Source of the DNA: Cystobasidiomycetes sp. EMM_F5
Taxonomy: Eukaryota
Assembly: GCA_051047955.1 (NCBI GenBank)
Contig: JBPGPT010000002.1
Span: forward strand, 1-64,000
Direction: 5' to 3'
DNA: 64,000 nt
Part shown: one piece after another, positions 37,108 to 50,991 of the stretch
Layout: every line of letters begins with the position of its first letter
How positions within the stretch are numbered: position 1 is the first letter of the stretch
Notes under the pieces: generated by a model
Told to the model about the DNA's origin: nothing
Databases searched by the model: none
What the model saw: the letters and a program-made list of their open reading frames with translations, nothing else
Program-made: the position numbers and the translations under genes

Positions 37108-40100
37108 ATGGCTAGAGGCCACCCCGACCGGCTCCAATTCAATCAGTCGTTGCAGAAAGTGCCTACAGTCGAGCTTCTGCAGCGCTTGAAGGTGACTTGA
37201 GATACGTCGGCTGGGAGGACAAGTCAATCTAACGATGTGCTTTCCCTCAGGCTCTGCACAATGAGCTCGTCCAGCTGCAGCAGGAGGACTTTGACGTTCA
37301 GTCCCTTCACAGCGTCTCCCGAGATCTCGTCAGACCCGGGCTATTGCAGAGCAAGGACAAGAGTATCAAAGCCGTCGCAGCATGTTGCTTGGCAGAATTG
37401 CTGCGTCTGTACGCTCCAGATGCCCCCTACACGGGAACTGAACTACGGGTTGGTTTAAGCCGTACAAGCATGAAATGTCGCCTCTCGAGTCTGAAACATC
37501 CGGCCATAGGACATATTCACCTTCTTCATTCGTCAGCTCTCCAATCTCACAGGCTTAGAATGTCCAAATTATCACGAGTACTTTACCCTCATCGAATCTT
37601 TGGCGACAGTCAAATCCGCCACGCTCATGGCTGATGTGCCAGACTCCGAACAACTCATGCAGGAGACCTTTAAGCGTTTCTTTGAACTTGCGAAGTGCGT
37701 ATCAGCCCGTATCTAATCAGCGGTCTGTCAAGACTACCAAAAATCGCGCGGGCTGAGCATAGACATATGACAGGCCGAGCACACCCAAAAATGTACTGGT
37801 TCTTCTGGCAGACATTCTGGTGCAATTGATAGACGAAGCCTCCGCCATCCCCCAAGGGGTCACTGATATCCTTCTGCTGCAATTCCTGCCTCACAACGTC
37901 AAAACCAACTCGAGCGCCTTCACATTGGCTGTTGATGTCTGTTCAGTCACAAGCGAGCGTCTACAACGCTACGTTGCGCAGTACTTCACAGAGACAATCC
38001 TTTTGGCAATCAAAGAGGATCAGGAAGACAGGGAACAGTCAGATGCTGATGAACGAAGGCCGACAAAAGCGCGCGCATCTGTGGCCGAGACCCCCGATTT
38101 CATTGTCGCTCACGAGCTAATAAAGCAAATTAACCGATCGTGTCCAAGTCTTCTGACGAACGTTACGCCTCAGCTGGAAGAAGAACTCCTTGCCGATGAT
38201 GTGGCAGTCCGGATAATTGCAACCCGCACGTTAGGCGACATGTTTGCAGATAAGCCGCTCGATAAGGCTGGGAGCCTAGTTGCCATGGTGACTACGAGTG
38301 TGCGATCCGATCTTGCGAAACGAATACCGCAAACGTGGCTTGGGTGGCTAGGGCGCAGCAGGGACAAAGCTCCGCAAGTCCGCCTGACTGTACTAAATAG
38401 TTGCAGAGATATACTCGTGGAGCATCCGGAGCTCGGCAAAGATATTTACGGTACATCGTGATTCATCACACCTAGACTTGAGATAGCTAATCTGGGTCAT
38501 AGCCATGATCAGCACAAAGTTGACCGACCCCGATGACAGAGTTAGGGCTGCCGCGTGTGCTGCCTTCGAATCCCTCAACTACGAGGCCGCAACACACGCC
38601 TTTGACGCAAATCTTTTGCGAGCGCTGGCTGATCGAATCATAGACAAGAAGGTAGTTGAAGGAAACGTTCAACCTCGTATAAACGCGTTGACATTGCGTC
38701 CAGGTCTCAGTACAGCAAGAAGCGCTGAAGAGCCTAGCTCGACTGTATAGTCACGCATTCGGAGAAATGTACGTGTTACTCCCCAGAACAGCTCAATCCG
38801 CTGACAGAGTGCGGCAGTGCGAATGGCGATCCTGTTGCCGTAGAGCGGTTTGCGTGGATTCCGGACGAAATATTAAAGGTGGCTATCCTTCCCGACCGTG
38901 AATTGCAGTAAGCCTGTTTGGTCCTCTTTTCGCAACTGACAGCTGATGTTCGATGTTGTTTTGCTAGGAGCGCGGCCGAAAAGGCACTGCATGATTATAT
39001 TCTTCCACTGGCTGCTAACAGTGATGATGAAGCAGCTTGGTCTGAGCAATTCCTCATCGTCACGAGCTATCTTTCGGAAACTGGCAAGACGACTTTATTG
39101 CGCTTGGCTCGTCTTCGAGATCGAAGGCCTAGCTTACATGAAGCCTTCCTCGATGCCGCTGAGAAGTACAACGTGAGTTGTATTGCGCAGCCATGATAGC
39201 TTCAAACAGACTCAGTTTGCATGAAAATTCAGGGCGGCGTGCTGGACAACGATGCAGAAGGCATTACAAGACGGCTAGATGCTGTTTGCCGCTATTTGGC
39301 GTGTAGGTCCAGTGTCCAGCGCAGTGGTGCTCTTCGTAAGACTAACAAGTAGCACACCAGCAACCTTTGCTGATCCCCTCAAAGCTGATGCCGACCTTCA
39401 CCGATTTGCGAAATTGAACGATCAACGGCTCTACAAGTTGCTGCGCAGTCTGATGGACCCAGACAGCGATCTGGGCGTCATTATCAAAAATCGCAACGAA
39501 GTTTTGCGGCGCGTGGAAGCAGCATCAGCTGCAATTCTCGACACTTTCCAGACCTTTATCCGACAATCAGCTCTATTGTTACTGAACAAGTCTTCGACGC
39601 CATTGCTGTTCCATCGGCTTGAAAAACTGTCTGACGATGCTGTAGACGAAGAGCATGATCAACTGCTGGAAGCTGCAGAAATCGCCGAACGGATATTGAG
39701 ACATATAGCGAAATATCGACCACAGTTACTCGTATCCTACATGTCTGAGTCGGGCGCTGCTCTTTTGCAGCAGCCCGATGATCGCCTTGTTCAGATGACT
39801 CTGGAAGCTGCTTGCGGCATATTATTGAACGACCCGGCAGGTCTTGTTTTCGATAGGTTGGTAATATCCCAAGCGGACCACACCCTACTGACAAAGTATG
39901 GTTATACAGACACATGCTCAAGACTACTTACAATTTAGCATTGAACGGTACGCCTTTACAAGCCAAATTTGCAGCGACCATAATTGCACGAGTGCCATCT
40001 GGGAAACAGAGATGCGAAGATCTAGTTAAAGTAGCGTAGATGTTCCAACGACCTGACTCGAGTTTCTGACGCTGGCATTTCCTCCGGACAGGATATTGCC

Positions 40101-42186
40101 GATGCCCTACCTGTGTCTTCCGGCCAGAGACTTGTTGCCCACCTCAACGCACTGAAGCGGATAGCCAAGCACGCTGTCACCGCATTCGATGTCCGTTCTG
40201 AGGAAATCACGACTTTCATTAAAGCCTTGATCCGGCGTGATGTTGGAAGCCGGCACCTTTCGGTGAGTGCCATCTGTTCGGAAGTACCTGGCGTATCTAT
40301 TATGCTAACCTAATTTTACAGTCGCCAGGAAGCAGTCGCATCTCTAGGCTAGACAATATTGCAGCCGAGTGGGTACCATACGACGAGTTACCGTACGAGG
40401 ATCAGGCGTGCCTTATAGGGCTTCGCGTCCTCACCAACCAATGTGCTGGCTTGGCGAACGACCGAGACGCACCGACGGACACTGCGAGACAGACTGTCTC
40501 TGTCCTGGCGTTACTTCTGGATCAAGATCCAGGGAATACCAAATTCCGCAACGGGTGGGTTCCATTTGAGTTTGCCAAATCTCATCACTCATTCGTCCGC
40601 CATTACTCCGCTAGACCGGGCCTCCTTTCGAACTTCAGACTACTGGCTGCTGTCTCGCTACTCAGACTGGCCACACACCCAACTTACGATGCTCTCGTCT
40701 CTCAGCATTTCGAAGCAATCGCATACACGATACAAGACGCGGCTTTTCAAGTCCGAGGGGCGCTAACGCATAAGCTCGTAGCATTCATCCTCAATCGTCG
40801 TTTGCATTCGCCCAAATACTGTACGATGCTGTTCTTGACAGTCTTTGACCCCGATTTCGAAAACTCTGCAATATCAAAGAGGTGTATCCAGCAGAAAGTC
40901 AGTATGATCAAGCCTGGTAAGGTGCTCTATTGTATTATGTCTCAGTGTACATACTGAAATGTTCGTTACGACGACGCGTGCAGAAGAGCGCGCTGTCAAA
41001 ATGGACATGCTCCTCGTTCGTCTCCTACACTTGCTCGCACACCACCCGGATTACAGTCGAGAAGCCGACACGCTGAAGGAGTTTGTGCGGTGCGCTGCGC
41101 GTTGCTCCACTGGCCCTTTGAAATGACCTAACGTACTTACTCGGTGCTTAGTTACATTGAGTTCTTCATGGATTGTCTGGCAAATCACGAAAACATCTCC
41201 TTCCTCTACCATATCGCGCAACGTGTCAAGACTGTCCGCGATTCAGAATCATCTGGACATAGCGAGGTGAGCCGTATGGATTCAAATGTCTGAACTTGCA
41301 ACTCACGCACAGACTATGATTTTACAGGCTTTATACATTTTGTCTGATTTGGCTCAATACATCATCAAAGAGTACGCAAAGCGTAAAAACTGGACGATCG
41401 AGTCACACCCAGGTAGTGTCAAGATGCCTGGCGACATCTTCAAGCCTTTGCCTAGCAAGGATGTGGCGAACGATGTAAGTGATCTCTCCATGCACATTGA
41501 AAGTAATTAGTTGTGTCTAAACGATCATTCAGATTCGCAAGACAGTGTACCTATCTGACGAAGTCATTGAAGCCCTGGGAACTGTCGGGCAGAGCATCAA
41601 GGTCGATGCGCCTCGTAAAGCACGCAATACGACTGGCAAGGGAAGCACTAGTACGAAGCGCAAGGCGGCGAGCACGAAGGTAGCGAAAGGTACCAAGGAC
41701 GGGGCTAGCAAGAAGGCCACAACAGCCACGAATGGCAGAAAGCGAGTCAAGAAGGAAGAGATAGGGAATCATAGTGAGGAGGGTGGAGAGTCCGACGACG
41801 AGAATGCGTACGCATCTATGGATTCCGAGGAGGAACGGTTACAAAAGGAGGAGGACGAGGCGGAATGGGCGAGAGAGCAGGAAAGGCTGGACCAGCGGAA
41901 AGGTGTTGATCAAACTGCGAAGGACACGACATTCGACCAGGCAAAGACAAGGAAGGTCGCACGAGCAAAGACGCACAACGTGGCCGAAGACAGTGGGACG
42001 GACGGTGGTGATGACGATATGGCGGTTGACATGAAACAAAGCAAGAGCAGGGCTAAGGATAAGAAAACGAAGAACGTCGCAACGAAGGCTACCCAGGCCA
42101 AATCTGCGTCGTCGTCGTCGTCGACTACGCGCAGAACACGCAGAGCGCAGGCGAGGAGCGGAGAAGGCGACGAGAACGAAGAGTAA
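37108..42186 (+). CDS. PDS5: Sister chromatid cohesion protein Pds5
   Basis: ELLQRLK|ALHNEL, ACCLAELLRLYAPDAPY, PQLEEELLADD, WLGRSRDK and LLHLLAHHPDY motifs; charged disordered tail; many introns. Confidence 0.93.
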
Positions 42187-42600
42187 GGGGACCCGCATCA
42201 GTGTCGTGGAGTAGGAAGTGCTGTACACCGTAGCATGAAGACGTTGCGTGATTGTTGTCCGTATGACTAACGCTCCACCAGCGACAATGACGCATCAAAC
42301 GGCTGACTTTGCAGTGACGACCATGTTTGACGCACAGTTGACGCAGCTGATGAGGTTGAGTCGGGCGGTGCGGGGAGGCGAGGGGCAGCGAATATAGGGG
42401 CAAGCCGAGCCCCTTGCGAGATGCTGTACCTGAATTTGCTGTAGACTCACTCAGCTCCTTTGCAGCTGTTGCGGACTCCTCTGCTCGACTGCAAGCAACG
42501 CAAACTACTTGATTACTTTTCGAGATCGACTTTTGCAAATGCTGCGACCTCGCCATCGAGTAGCGGACTCCAATCCCAAATCGCAAACCTGAACTCAAAC

Positions 42601-43870
42601 ATGCTGAAAACGGCGGAAACTGTCGAGTACTCGGCAATGCGACACCGCGACAAGCTGAGCCTGTCTGTGGTCGCAACACCGTGTCACAGCGAGGAACCGC
42701 CCCCTCCCCTCCCTCCACTGGACCGCCTGGCCCTTCCCGTCGTCGAGCGGATGGTATCACTGTCGCAAATTGAGTCGCACTACTCGTGGCCGCCAAGTTA
42801 TAGGTACCGTCGGGCCAGCAATGAGGAGACGGTAGTACTCGACCCGGCAGAAGGGCTGCAACCTCAGCACGCAGACATCGATACCCTCCTAAACGACAAG
42901 CTGGCACTCCGGGCAACAGATTCCTGCTCATCCATCTCCTCAGCCCAGCGGAGCCTCTCGACTTCGAGCGAGTCGTACGGCAGTCTCTCCTCGTCTTGCT
43001 CATCAGCTCTATCCTCCGCATCCACCAACGCCCCCCTGTACGTTCTAGACAATGCTTGCGGTGAATCCGCTCTCCTCTCCCAAACCATCTGGGAACGGCT
43101 GGAGCGGCATGGAGCAGAAGATAATTTGGAGATTGTGACGGTCGAGGAGGATACATCCATGCTGAGAAAGGCGATGCAGAGACTAAACGAAATCGAGTCG
43201 CTTGGACAGCACTACTTTAGTATACAACTCCCGATGACTGTGAGCATGACCCTCCATATCTGACCTATACGATCTTGGACGTTTATTAATATTCACCACA
43301 CCACAGGACATGCGGCAATTAGGAGAAGGATCGTACTCTTACGTCTTTAGCGCCTTCTCCTTGCCGCGAGCAACAGATGCTGCCAAAGCGCTAGCAGAGA
43401 TGCACTTCCTGGTCAAGCCTGGCGGTACCTGCGGAATATCAGTCTGGTCATCTCTTTCCGTCTACTCTACTCTGCGCGACATCTTGTCTACCATTGACGG
43501 AGCTCCCAAACCCGCAAGTACCGATAATGGCGTTCCTCCGTCCAGCTGGGCATGCAAAGACGGCACAATGATGCACGATGAGATCACTCTTCGAGCAGGC
43601 TTGAAGAAAGCTGGCTTTGTGGACATCGAAACCACCACGCATACCGCGTCCATCGAAATTTACAAGCTCGAATTCATTGCTACATTCAGCCATCCTAGTT
43701 TTCTCCGGTCAATGTGGGACGCAGAAACTATTCATTCACTTCAAGCTCTGGTCAAGCCCGCCATGCTAGCGTGGTTTGAAAAGAATGATATCAAGAGTCT
43801 CGAGACTACAGGGGAGGCTGTCGTTGCGATTGCCCGAAAGAGCATAAATGCCGTTCCCAATATACTCTAG
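42601..43870 (+). CDS. Class I SAM-dependent methyltransferase-like protein
   Basis: YVLDNACGES (motif I-like). Intron 43240-43306 leads to DMRQLGEGSYSYVF and ALAEMHFLVKPGGTCGISVW (LKPGG motif), then LKKAGFVDIE. Start uncertain. Confidence 0.75.
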
Positions 43871-44298
43871 GCCCGATGGATATGCGACATCAGCAACGCA
43901 GAGTCCAAACTTCTCGTTCCTCTCTCCACAACTCCACTAGTGGCAGCATGTAGTCATCGTGTTCAGTCTGCAAGCAGCATCATGCATTTCATTCAGCACA
44001 CACGCACACTGTTTTTGGCACCATTACAAGCATTTGTCGTTGTATCATAGTCTGACACTGCATGTGCGTGCCTTCCAAGCTCAATAGCGTAATCAAGCTC
44101 TGCCATCGTATTTTGGCTCTGTCGACTGTGTTTGCCGGCCAAATGTTTCTACCATGCTGCTAAGCGGCGGCATAAATTTGGCGACCAGTTCCAACTTATA
44201 TTATACGCTTCGTAGCGCCTGCTTGACTTCTTTTGAACACTGAGCACACGCCGCCAAGGGACAGGCATGAATTTGTGACCGCATCGCTGGTAATGTCA

Positions 44299-45576
44299 TC
44301 ACACGGCCTTCACATCTACCATGATGCGCGAGAAGGCTTCTAGATTGACCGCCTTGTCGCGGCTGGTGGAGGCGAATTCCAGCATCTCGTAGACCTGATA
44401 AGACATCATAGTCTCAGCGTCCTCGCACGTACTCAACAGCATATTCTCATTAGCAGTCACAAGGCTCACATCTGCATCTGATATCTTTTCGTTGAGCAAT
44501 GTCGCAACGTATCTGATTTCAGAAGCGGAAATTGCTTTGTTGCGGCTGGTATCGGTAGACGAGAAGAATTGCTGAAACATGTGTTCGCACTCTTTCGTCT
44601 GCTTTTCTGACAAGCGACTGTACTTTTTGTCATTAGCATTGCCTGCTTCAGCCTTTTTAATGCTCGCTTTGTCGTTTCCTCTAGCTTTTGGCTTGACGTT
44701 GGAGAAGGATCCCGGCTCTGGAGTCGAGACTGTTGCTTGAGAACGGGTAGTCCTTCGAGTTGAAGGCGGGCTGGACTCCTTGCCTATGGAGGCTTCTATT
44801 CCATCTTCATCAGCCCAAGGGTCTGAATCCTCATCGTTAGGGAGGTCGTAGTCAGATAGGTCGCTGGACAATTCCAGCGGATCACTGTCATTGTCATCAT
44901 CGTCATTCTCCGTTTCTTTGCTGCGGCCTTTTCGGCTGCTTGCGGAGCGAGTCTTCTTTGTGCTGCCATCGGAGTCAATATCGCGCTGTACAATGAGCAG
45001 CGCTGCCACTTTCAGGAAATCCTTGCGCTTAACCACTTGAAGTCCTTCTTCATTGGGTTCTGCCGCATTCTCGAGGATGGACAGTATGTTTGGGTCATCT
45101 CCATCGAATCCTAATTGATCCAAGCAAGCGGACACTCGGTCGAGCAGAATACTTCGCGGCCGCCGAGACTGTTCATCCGCGTCTTCGTCTGTAGTGTCCC
45201 CAACTTCGAGCCGTGAGGTTCGTCTGCTTGAGCTAGATGGGCCTGGCTCTGGAATAAAACCACCCGCTGCAGTGTCATCGTCATGGATGAAGCCGCCACC
45301 GGTAGCCGCAGTATCTTCCTCGTCGTCTAGCAGGAAACCGCCAGCTGCCTGTTGCTTCACTGTCTCTTTGCCCTTCTTGCTGCCTCCTGTCACTCTGCGC
45401 TTCTTCGCTTTAGGCAGCTGATCATTATTGACCGAGCCACCAGCAGCCGTATCGAAAGCTGCAGTCAACTCGAGCATCTGAGACCTGCTGAGCCCATCCA
45501 GTATCTGCCTAGACCCGTTATCGCTCGAAGGAGGCGTCTCTTTGCGCTTGTATGGGTCTCGTCCGCGTTTCGACAT
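44299..45576 (-). CDS. Acidic/disordered protein with C-terminal EF-hand-like (centrin/Rad33-like) domain
   Basis: C-terminus CEHMFQQFF...ISASEIRYVATLLNEKISDAD|VYEMLEFA...VNLEAFSRIM matches a calmodulin/centrin lobe pattern. GGGF repeats and an NLS-like KKRR. Confidence 0.6.
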   Translation of the reverse strand: MSKRGRDPYKRKETPPSSDNGSRQILDGLSRSQMLELTAAFDTAAGGSVNNDQLPKAKKRRVTGGSKKGKETVKQQAAGGFLLDDEEDTAATGGGFIHDDDTAAGGFIPEPGPSSSSRRTSRLEVGDTTDEDADEQSRRPRSILLDRVSACLDQLGFDGDDPNILSILENAAEPNEEGLQVVKRKDFLKVAALLIVQRDIDSDGSTKKTRSASSRKGRSKETENDDDDNDSDPLELSSDLSDYDLPNDEDSDPWADEDGIEASIGKESSPPSTRRTTRSQATVSTPEPGSFSNVKPKARGNDKASIKKAEAGNANDKKYSRLSEKQTKECEHMFQQFFSSTDTSRNKAISASEIRYVATLLNEKISDADVSLVTANENMLLSTCEDAETMMSYQVYEMLEFASTSRDKAVNLEAFSRIMVDVKAV

Positions 45577-45686
45577 GATTGGGAATGACGAGGGGACTGC
45601 CGGCGGTTGGCACAATTAAAGACATTATTCACAGAAGAAACAAACCGCCCGGCCCTGGACATTTACCATCACAAATGCATGACTTG

Positions 45687-48588
45687 CTAACATCGCTCAA
45701 ACACCTTGTAGAGATTCTCGAGCGATGCTACATGTACTGCAGCCTTGCTATCGAGCAGACTTTCCGGCGGCTCCAGATAGCGCAGCGCCGGAAAGAGAAC
45801 ATGCTCGACTTGCCACATCCGCTTGTCCTGCTTGTCTTTGTCTGTCGCTATATCATCAGCGCTCTCTGCGTTGACCGGGGGTAACGCTTCAGGACTGTTG
45901 AAGAACGCCATCTCGCGCAAGATGCCTTGGAAGCACTCCTTTTCGGAAGTCCAGTCCACCTCAACGCCAAGTCGCAACAGGACTGCTTTTCAATTAGCCT
46001 TGCTTTGGTCTCGCTAATGACAATAACCCACACAACGGCAGCTTATCCAGGTCCGGCGCCCATCCTGGCAGTAGCATCGGCAGGCTCTTCACTGTCTCAA
46101 CGTTTGTATCGATACTGAGAGAAAAGTACTCGTCCAGCATTTCTGCCCTATCTGTCAATCTAGCATAGACGACCTATCAATGTGGACACAGCACGAGTCA
46201 GCCATATGTAAGGGAGATGCTGGAAATCATGCTTGCATCAACAATCTGTTCTGGAGACATCCCGCACTCTGCACTGTTTGGTTCGCCTTCTACCGCAATC
46301 TCCAGCAGCTCCCGCAGAGACGGAGGAGGCTTCAAATGCAATTTTCCGAAACTCCCAAACTGCCGCAGTCCGACCTGGTAGAACAGCTCGTCACCGAGCA
46401 TATTGTGATTGACCAGATACAGTTTGGTGCCATGCTGCAGCATCGATTGTCCTAATGTCACATCGATTGTGCCTACGAACGTATGCTGCTTGAGGATACG
46501 TTCGAGCCCTGCAGACTCACACATTAGTCTAATACAATCCCGGTCATACGTGTCCGGCCTACCGTCATGCTTTGCCGCAGTGACTTCAGCGCGCAGTTCT
46601 TGTATACTGGTCAGGTCAGTCTGCGCTAAGGGTACTCTTGATTGCCGTGGTTTCTGCGTGTTCGATGGGATTGACGCAGAAGCTGCACCATCTCGGTACT
46701 TGCTAAGCGAGTCCTCATTATCTATCACGATGGTGTCGTCATTATCGGCATTGTCAACATCAATGATTTCGTCTTCAGCTTCGGCTTCGACATCCACAAT
46801 TTCAGTGGCTGAACGTTTCCTAGACGTTCTCGTAATAGTATTGCTGTTGGCTGATGCCTGCCCGAACATCGCATCCAATGTCTGAGCAGAGGCATCCGTT
46901 CGAACGAGCCGCTGTGCCGGCACCTTGTTGCTGGCCGACCCGGACCTGCGAGTCTCTAACGGCGGGGCAGAGGGCACCGATGCCGCAGCGATGGACGTTG
47001 ACCGACTATGTGTGGGCGGCAATACACCCGGGAGTAATGTCTGGTATCACATTCAGAATAGAACAAAACGCTAGGTTAGAGGATGCCTGGAACCGTACCT
47101 GGACTGTAAAAGATCTTGACTGATTTGCGCTGGCCAACTTTCGCTGTAGTTCCTCACATATCGCTTCGATGATGTCTTCCTGGTCCAAGAAATGAACCTC
47201 GGATTTGGTTGGGCTAACATTGACGTCCACGCGGTCTGGCTGAATGTTCAGGCTCAGATAAATGAACGGACAGCCACCTTTGGGTAGCAAAGTCTGATAG
47301 AAAGACTCCAGATTCTTTCGGAGCGGCGCACAATCCACGAGGCGATCTACGTCGAATCATTGGATGAGCTTGGCATGAACTTGCTGTTCATCATGTCATT
47401 TGGCCGCTTACGATTTATGAAGAATACGAAAATTCCCCGCTTTGCGCTGTAATTCGGACTAGAAGCGCATCCGCTGCATTCGAACGCGAAGGCCTCGTTC
47501 TTGAAGCGTAACTCGAGTAATTCCTTACGCACTGCCTCAGAGTAAACAAGCCCAATGACATCGAGAGTACTTGCAGAAACAACTGTATTCAGGTCAGAAG
47601 ATGTGGAAGTGGCCTTAGGTGTATATTAGATTATGTCAAATTACGGAATCGTTGACTTCACCTTCTTGCAGGACATTGCGATACCAGCGTTATGTATTGC
47701 ATATTTTGATACGACGTCCAGTATGCGCGCATATTCATCCGCGGCGGACCGCAAACCCTTTCTACGCGTAGGGGTGTTATAGAAAAGATCTTCGACCTGT
47801 ACGCAGATCGCTGCGCTTAGGGCGCTTTGATATAAGTGATCTCCATTGACAGCTTACGAGCAAAAGGGTTCCATCGTTAGCAGCCACTGGACGCGGTTCG
47901 CAATCCTTTGACGTCTCGATAAGCGGTACGAGTTTCCCGTCAAGGTACCGGGCTCTTGACAGATCGTCAGTCCTCCTTCTTTCATAGCACACATTGCGCC
48001 TTACTTACTTGTAACCACATCCATCTTGCCGCGTTTTCGTGGTTACAGTCAGATGTGCAACATGGCTGATGCTGGCGAGCGCTTCTCCGCGGAAGCCGTA
48101 AGTAGCAATACTGGAGAGGTCGTCGTACGTCTTCAGCTTGCTTGTCGCAAAACGTTCGCACAGAAGCGGGAGATCAGCTTTCTGCAATGCATCATGTTTG
48201 AGCGCGAAGTTTTTAAGAGTAGGAACGGAACCATAGCTAACCTGGATACCATGTCCGTTGTCCTGTATACTCAGAAGCTTCAGACCTCCCTCCTTGACGG
48301 TAACTTTGATGTTTGTACTGCCTGCGTCAATCGAGTTCTCGAGCAGTTCTTTGAGGGCAGACGACGGCCGCTGGACGACCTGCACGTAAACTTATCAGAA
48401 CGTCACGCAACCTCATTGTAAAGGCTATATGAGCTTGCTTCGCCAGCCGCAATCCTGTTAATGGTTGCCTCTGCAAGCTTGACGATACGTTTCTCTGACG
48501 CTGGGAGACGCGACGTGGAAGCAGCGGGCTGCGTTGCTAATGGGCCATCCGGTGCAAATGATTGAGCATGGCCAGGCCTCTGTGACAT
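45687..48588 (-). CDS. MLH1: DNA mismatch repair protein Mlh1 (MutL homolog)
   Basis: [50 protein letters not shown] and [12 protein letters not shown], plus the invariant C-terminal LYKVFERC*. Confidence 0.97.
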
Positions 48589-49603
48589 TCTTTCGCCCTC
48601 AGTGCATCACATTTCGACAGTCAGACTGCATACAACAATTGCTCCAAGCAGGCCATGACCGTATGGGTCGCTAAATTCGCGTAGCATGACAACGCCGAAA
48701 GGGAAGGCAATGAGCATTTATCCAGCCATGCTAGGGATCCATCATCATGAGAGTCTTCTGGAGCCAGACAAGGGTCTGGTCCGTACCGAATCCGACTTTC
48801 CCAGCTTGAGCGGACTGAAATTGTGGGTCTCGCCTTGAGTATGAGTTTGATATTTCCGACGCTGATAGATCTCGGGCGCTGGGTATGGTAGCGACATGTG
48901 TTGCTGTTGCGCTCGAGGTACAATAAGCGAGGCTTGGAAATATGCGAAAAGAAAAGCGAGACAGACGGGCCTCGACGAGTGACGCTGACGCAGTTATCGA
49001 TCCAACCATGACCATACAAACAAGCCCGCCAATGTGTTGTACAGATAGTACGGAGCGCTGCTCCGTATGAACTGAGATAGAATGGCTCAACAAGTAGGAG
49101 CAATTCTACTCTTTTGGAAAATGATAAGCAACAACAGCAGAATAAATGGGCTAAGGCCACCGGCACTGCGAGAAACGTTTCAATGCAACTGATGGCATCA
49201 GTGTCGTGAAGAAGGAAGCCAGACTCCAGTAGCTTTCTCCGGAAGCGGGTGTATGGAAGGCGAAAGAGGATGAGAAGGGAAGGCTGTACACAGTACAGAG
49301 CCGTTTGACAGGCTAGTTTGCCGTAGAATCCATCCACGGCGGAGTGAGGAGGAAGAAGGGAGCAGCAGCTTGTGCTTGGGTCGCTCGTAAAGGCTACAGC
49401 ATCGGCTACGCACGGCATAGCATAAGCGATGGAATGGGTCGTTGCTCGTTAATGTGGCGTTTTACTTGAATATCACTGTACTCGCAGTGGGCGTACTGCA
49501 GCAAGTGGCTGAGGAGAGTAAAGAAGGCGGATCGACCGCATTGCGTCCGAATGTTCGAAAAACAGGAATTCACTAGATAAGATTGCACAGCAGTAGACGC
49601 GAA

Positions 49604-50991
49604 CTACGATTTCATCCATGAGGAGAAGTATGCTTTCGTGGCGGCATTGACAGCGGCATTCGAATTGCTCGTATCGACGATGCGGAAGTCGACATACTTG
49701 CCATTCTCAAATCTGTACGCGACGTCATCAGCCAACTTGAATTGCTGCTCAGAGCAAATGACCTACTTATAATAATTGAAAAGCATGGCTCCGACATAAT
49801 TAGGCATTTGCTGCTGAATGTCCTTGGAAGTGATTTGCTTGATCCACGAGAGGCGTTCATCGATAGAGCCAGAATAATGCAGGCCAGTCTCGCCTTGGAC
49901 CATGATTCTGCCGTTGACAGCGTACTTATCGTGGAAGCTTTTCGCCTGGCCAAGAAACGACTGTGAAGCGGAGGTGGGGTACCAGTCAAAGCCAACAACA
50001 TCGACGCGTCCGCTCGTGGGGTAATACTTGGCATAGTCGGCATCGGAACCGACGTTGGGCGACCACCATAGTTTCGTATTTGGCGAGTACTGGTCGACGG
50101 CAGCAGCGACGACGGCCCATGCTTCCTGGAAGTTGGAAACACCACCAGCGTACGTGCCGTCTTGCTGTCAAGCCCACATACTCGTCAGCATGGGTGTGCG
50201 ATGTGCTCCCTACGTAAGCGTACCTGATACCAGTTCATCTCGTGAGCGAAACGCAACCAAACTTCGATACCGTGGTTTTCTTGGATGTCCTTGCAGACTT
50301 TGGCAATTGCGACCGCCTGATGGTTGTCAGACTTTGTGAATCCATACCAAGACCCTGCGGGCATGACGGATGCAGCGAGAATGGACCCAGTCTTCTTGAC
50401 ATCATCGAGAACTTGGTACAGCTGCGACCCGTCGAATGTCTTTCCACTCGACGCCTGTGCATATCGACCATAGAAGACAGACTTGCCGGGCATCATGGCA
50501 TTGATTTGTGATAGCGACTCTGCCTTGCCGCCACCAGAACCATCGTCTGGTAGGAAGCCGAAAACGAGGTTGCCAGTCGTCAAGTAGCCATTGAGAGAAT
50601 CCCAAGAAACGCCGAGCGAAGAAGAGGAAGATGATTTTGATGTTGATGAGGACGAAGTTGAGTTTGTCGCTGTCGAAGCAGACTTTGAGGAGGATGGGGA
50701 TGCCGCGGATGACGAACCAGACTGAGAGGGCGCTACGTACGCTCCTTTTACCGTTTTAGCTTTGCACGCTCTCTTGGCTTTTGCTGGTTTGAGGTGTGAT
50801 GTGCGCTTGGCCTTGCGCGAGAATGCTGAAGACGAAGGGTCAAGGGGTCCGGCGCTGTTGGGCTGAGGCTGCGGGATTCGCTTCGCCATAAGAACTTCGG
50901 CAGCAGTCTGGCGCTGACCTGCAGCGTGTACGGAGGACTGAGCAAGAGCGACCGCCGCAACGACGACCAGAGTTGATGTGGAGAAGTACAT
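49604..50991 (-). CDS. Secreted glycoside hydrolase, GH26-like
   Basis: Signal peptide and Ser-rich linker. WLRFAHEMNWY (acid/base Glu), then after an intron WWSPN, YYP..RVDVVGFDWY and QGETG (nucleophile). Ends SSWMKS*. Confidence 0.85.

Noticed and set aside
42125..43156. 343-aa minus-strand ORF
   Set aside because: Antisense shadow of the methyltransferase gene and the PDS5 3' end.
5856..48588. Genome-maintenance gene cluster (KIN17, PDS5, MLH1)
   Set aside because: The genes are interspersed with unrelated housekeeping genes, as expected by chance in a gene-dense genome.
48621..49418. 265-aa minus-strand ORF between GH26 and MLH1
   Set aside because: Non-ATG start, no motif and atypical composition; likely UTR/promoter sequence.
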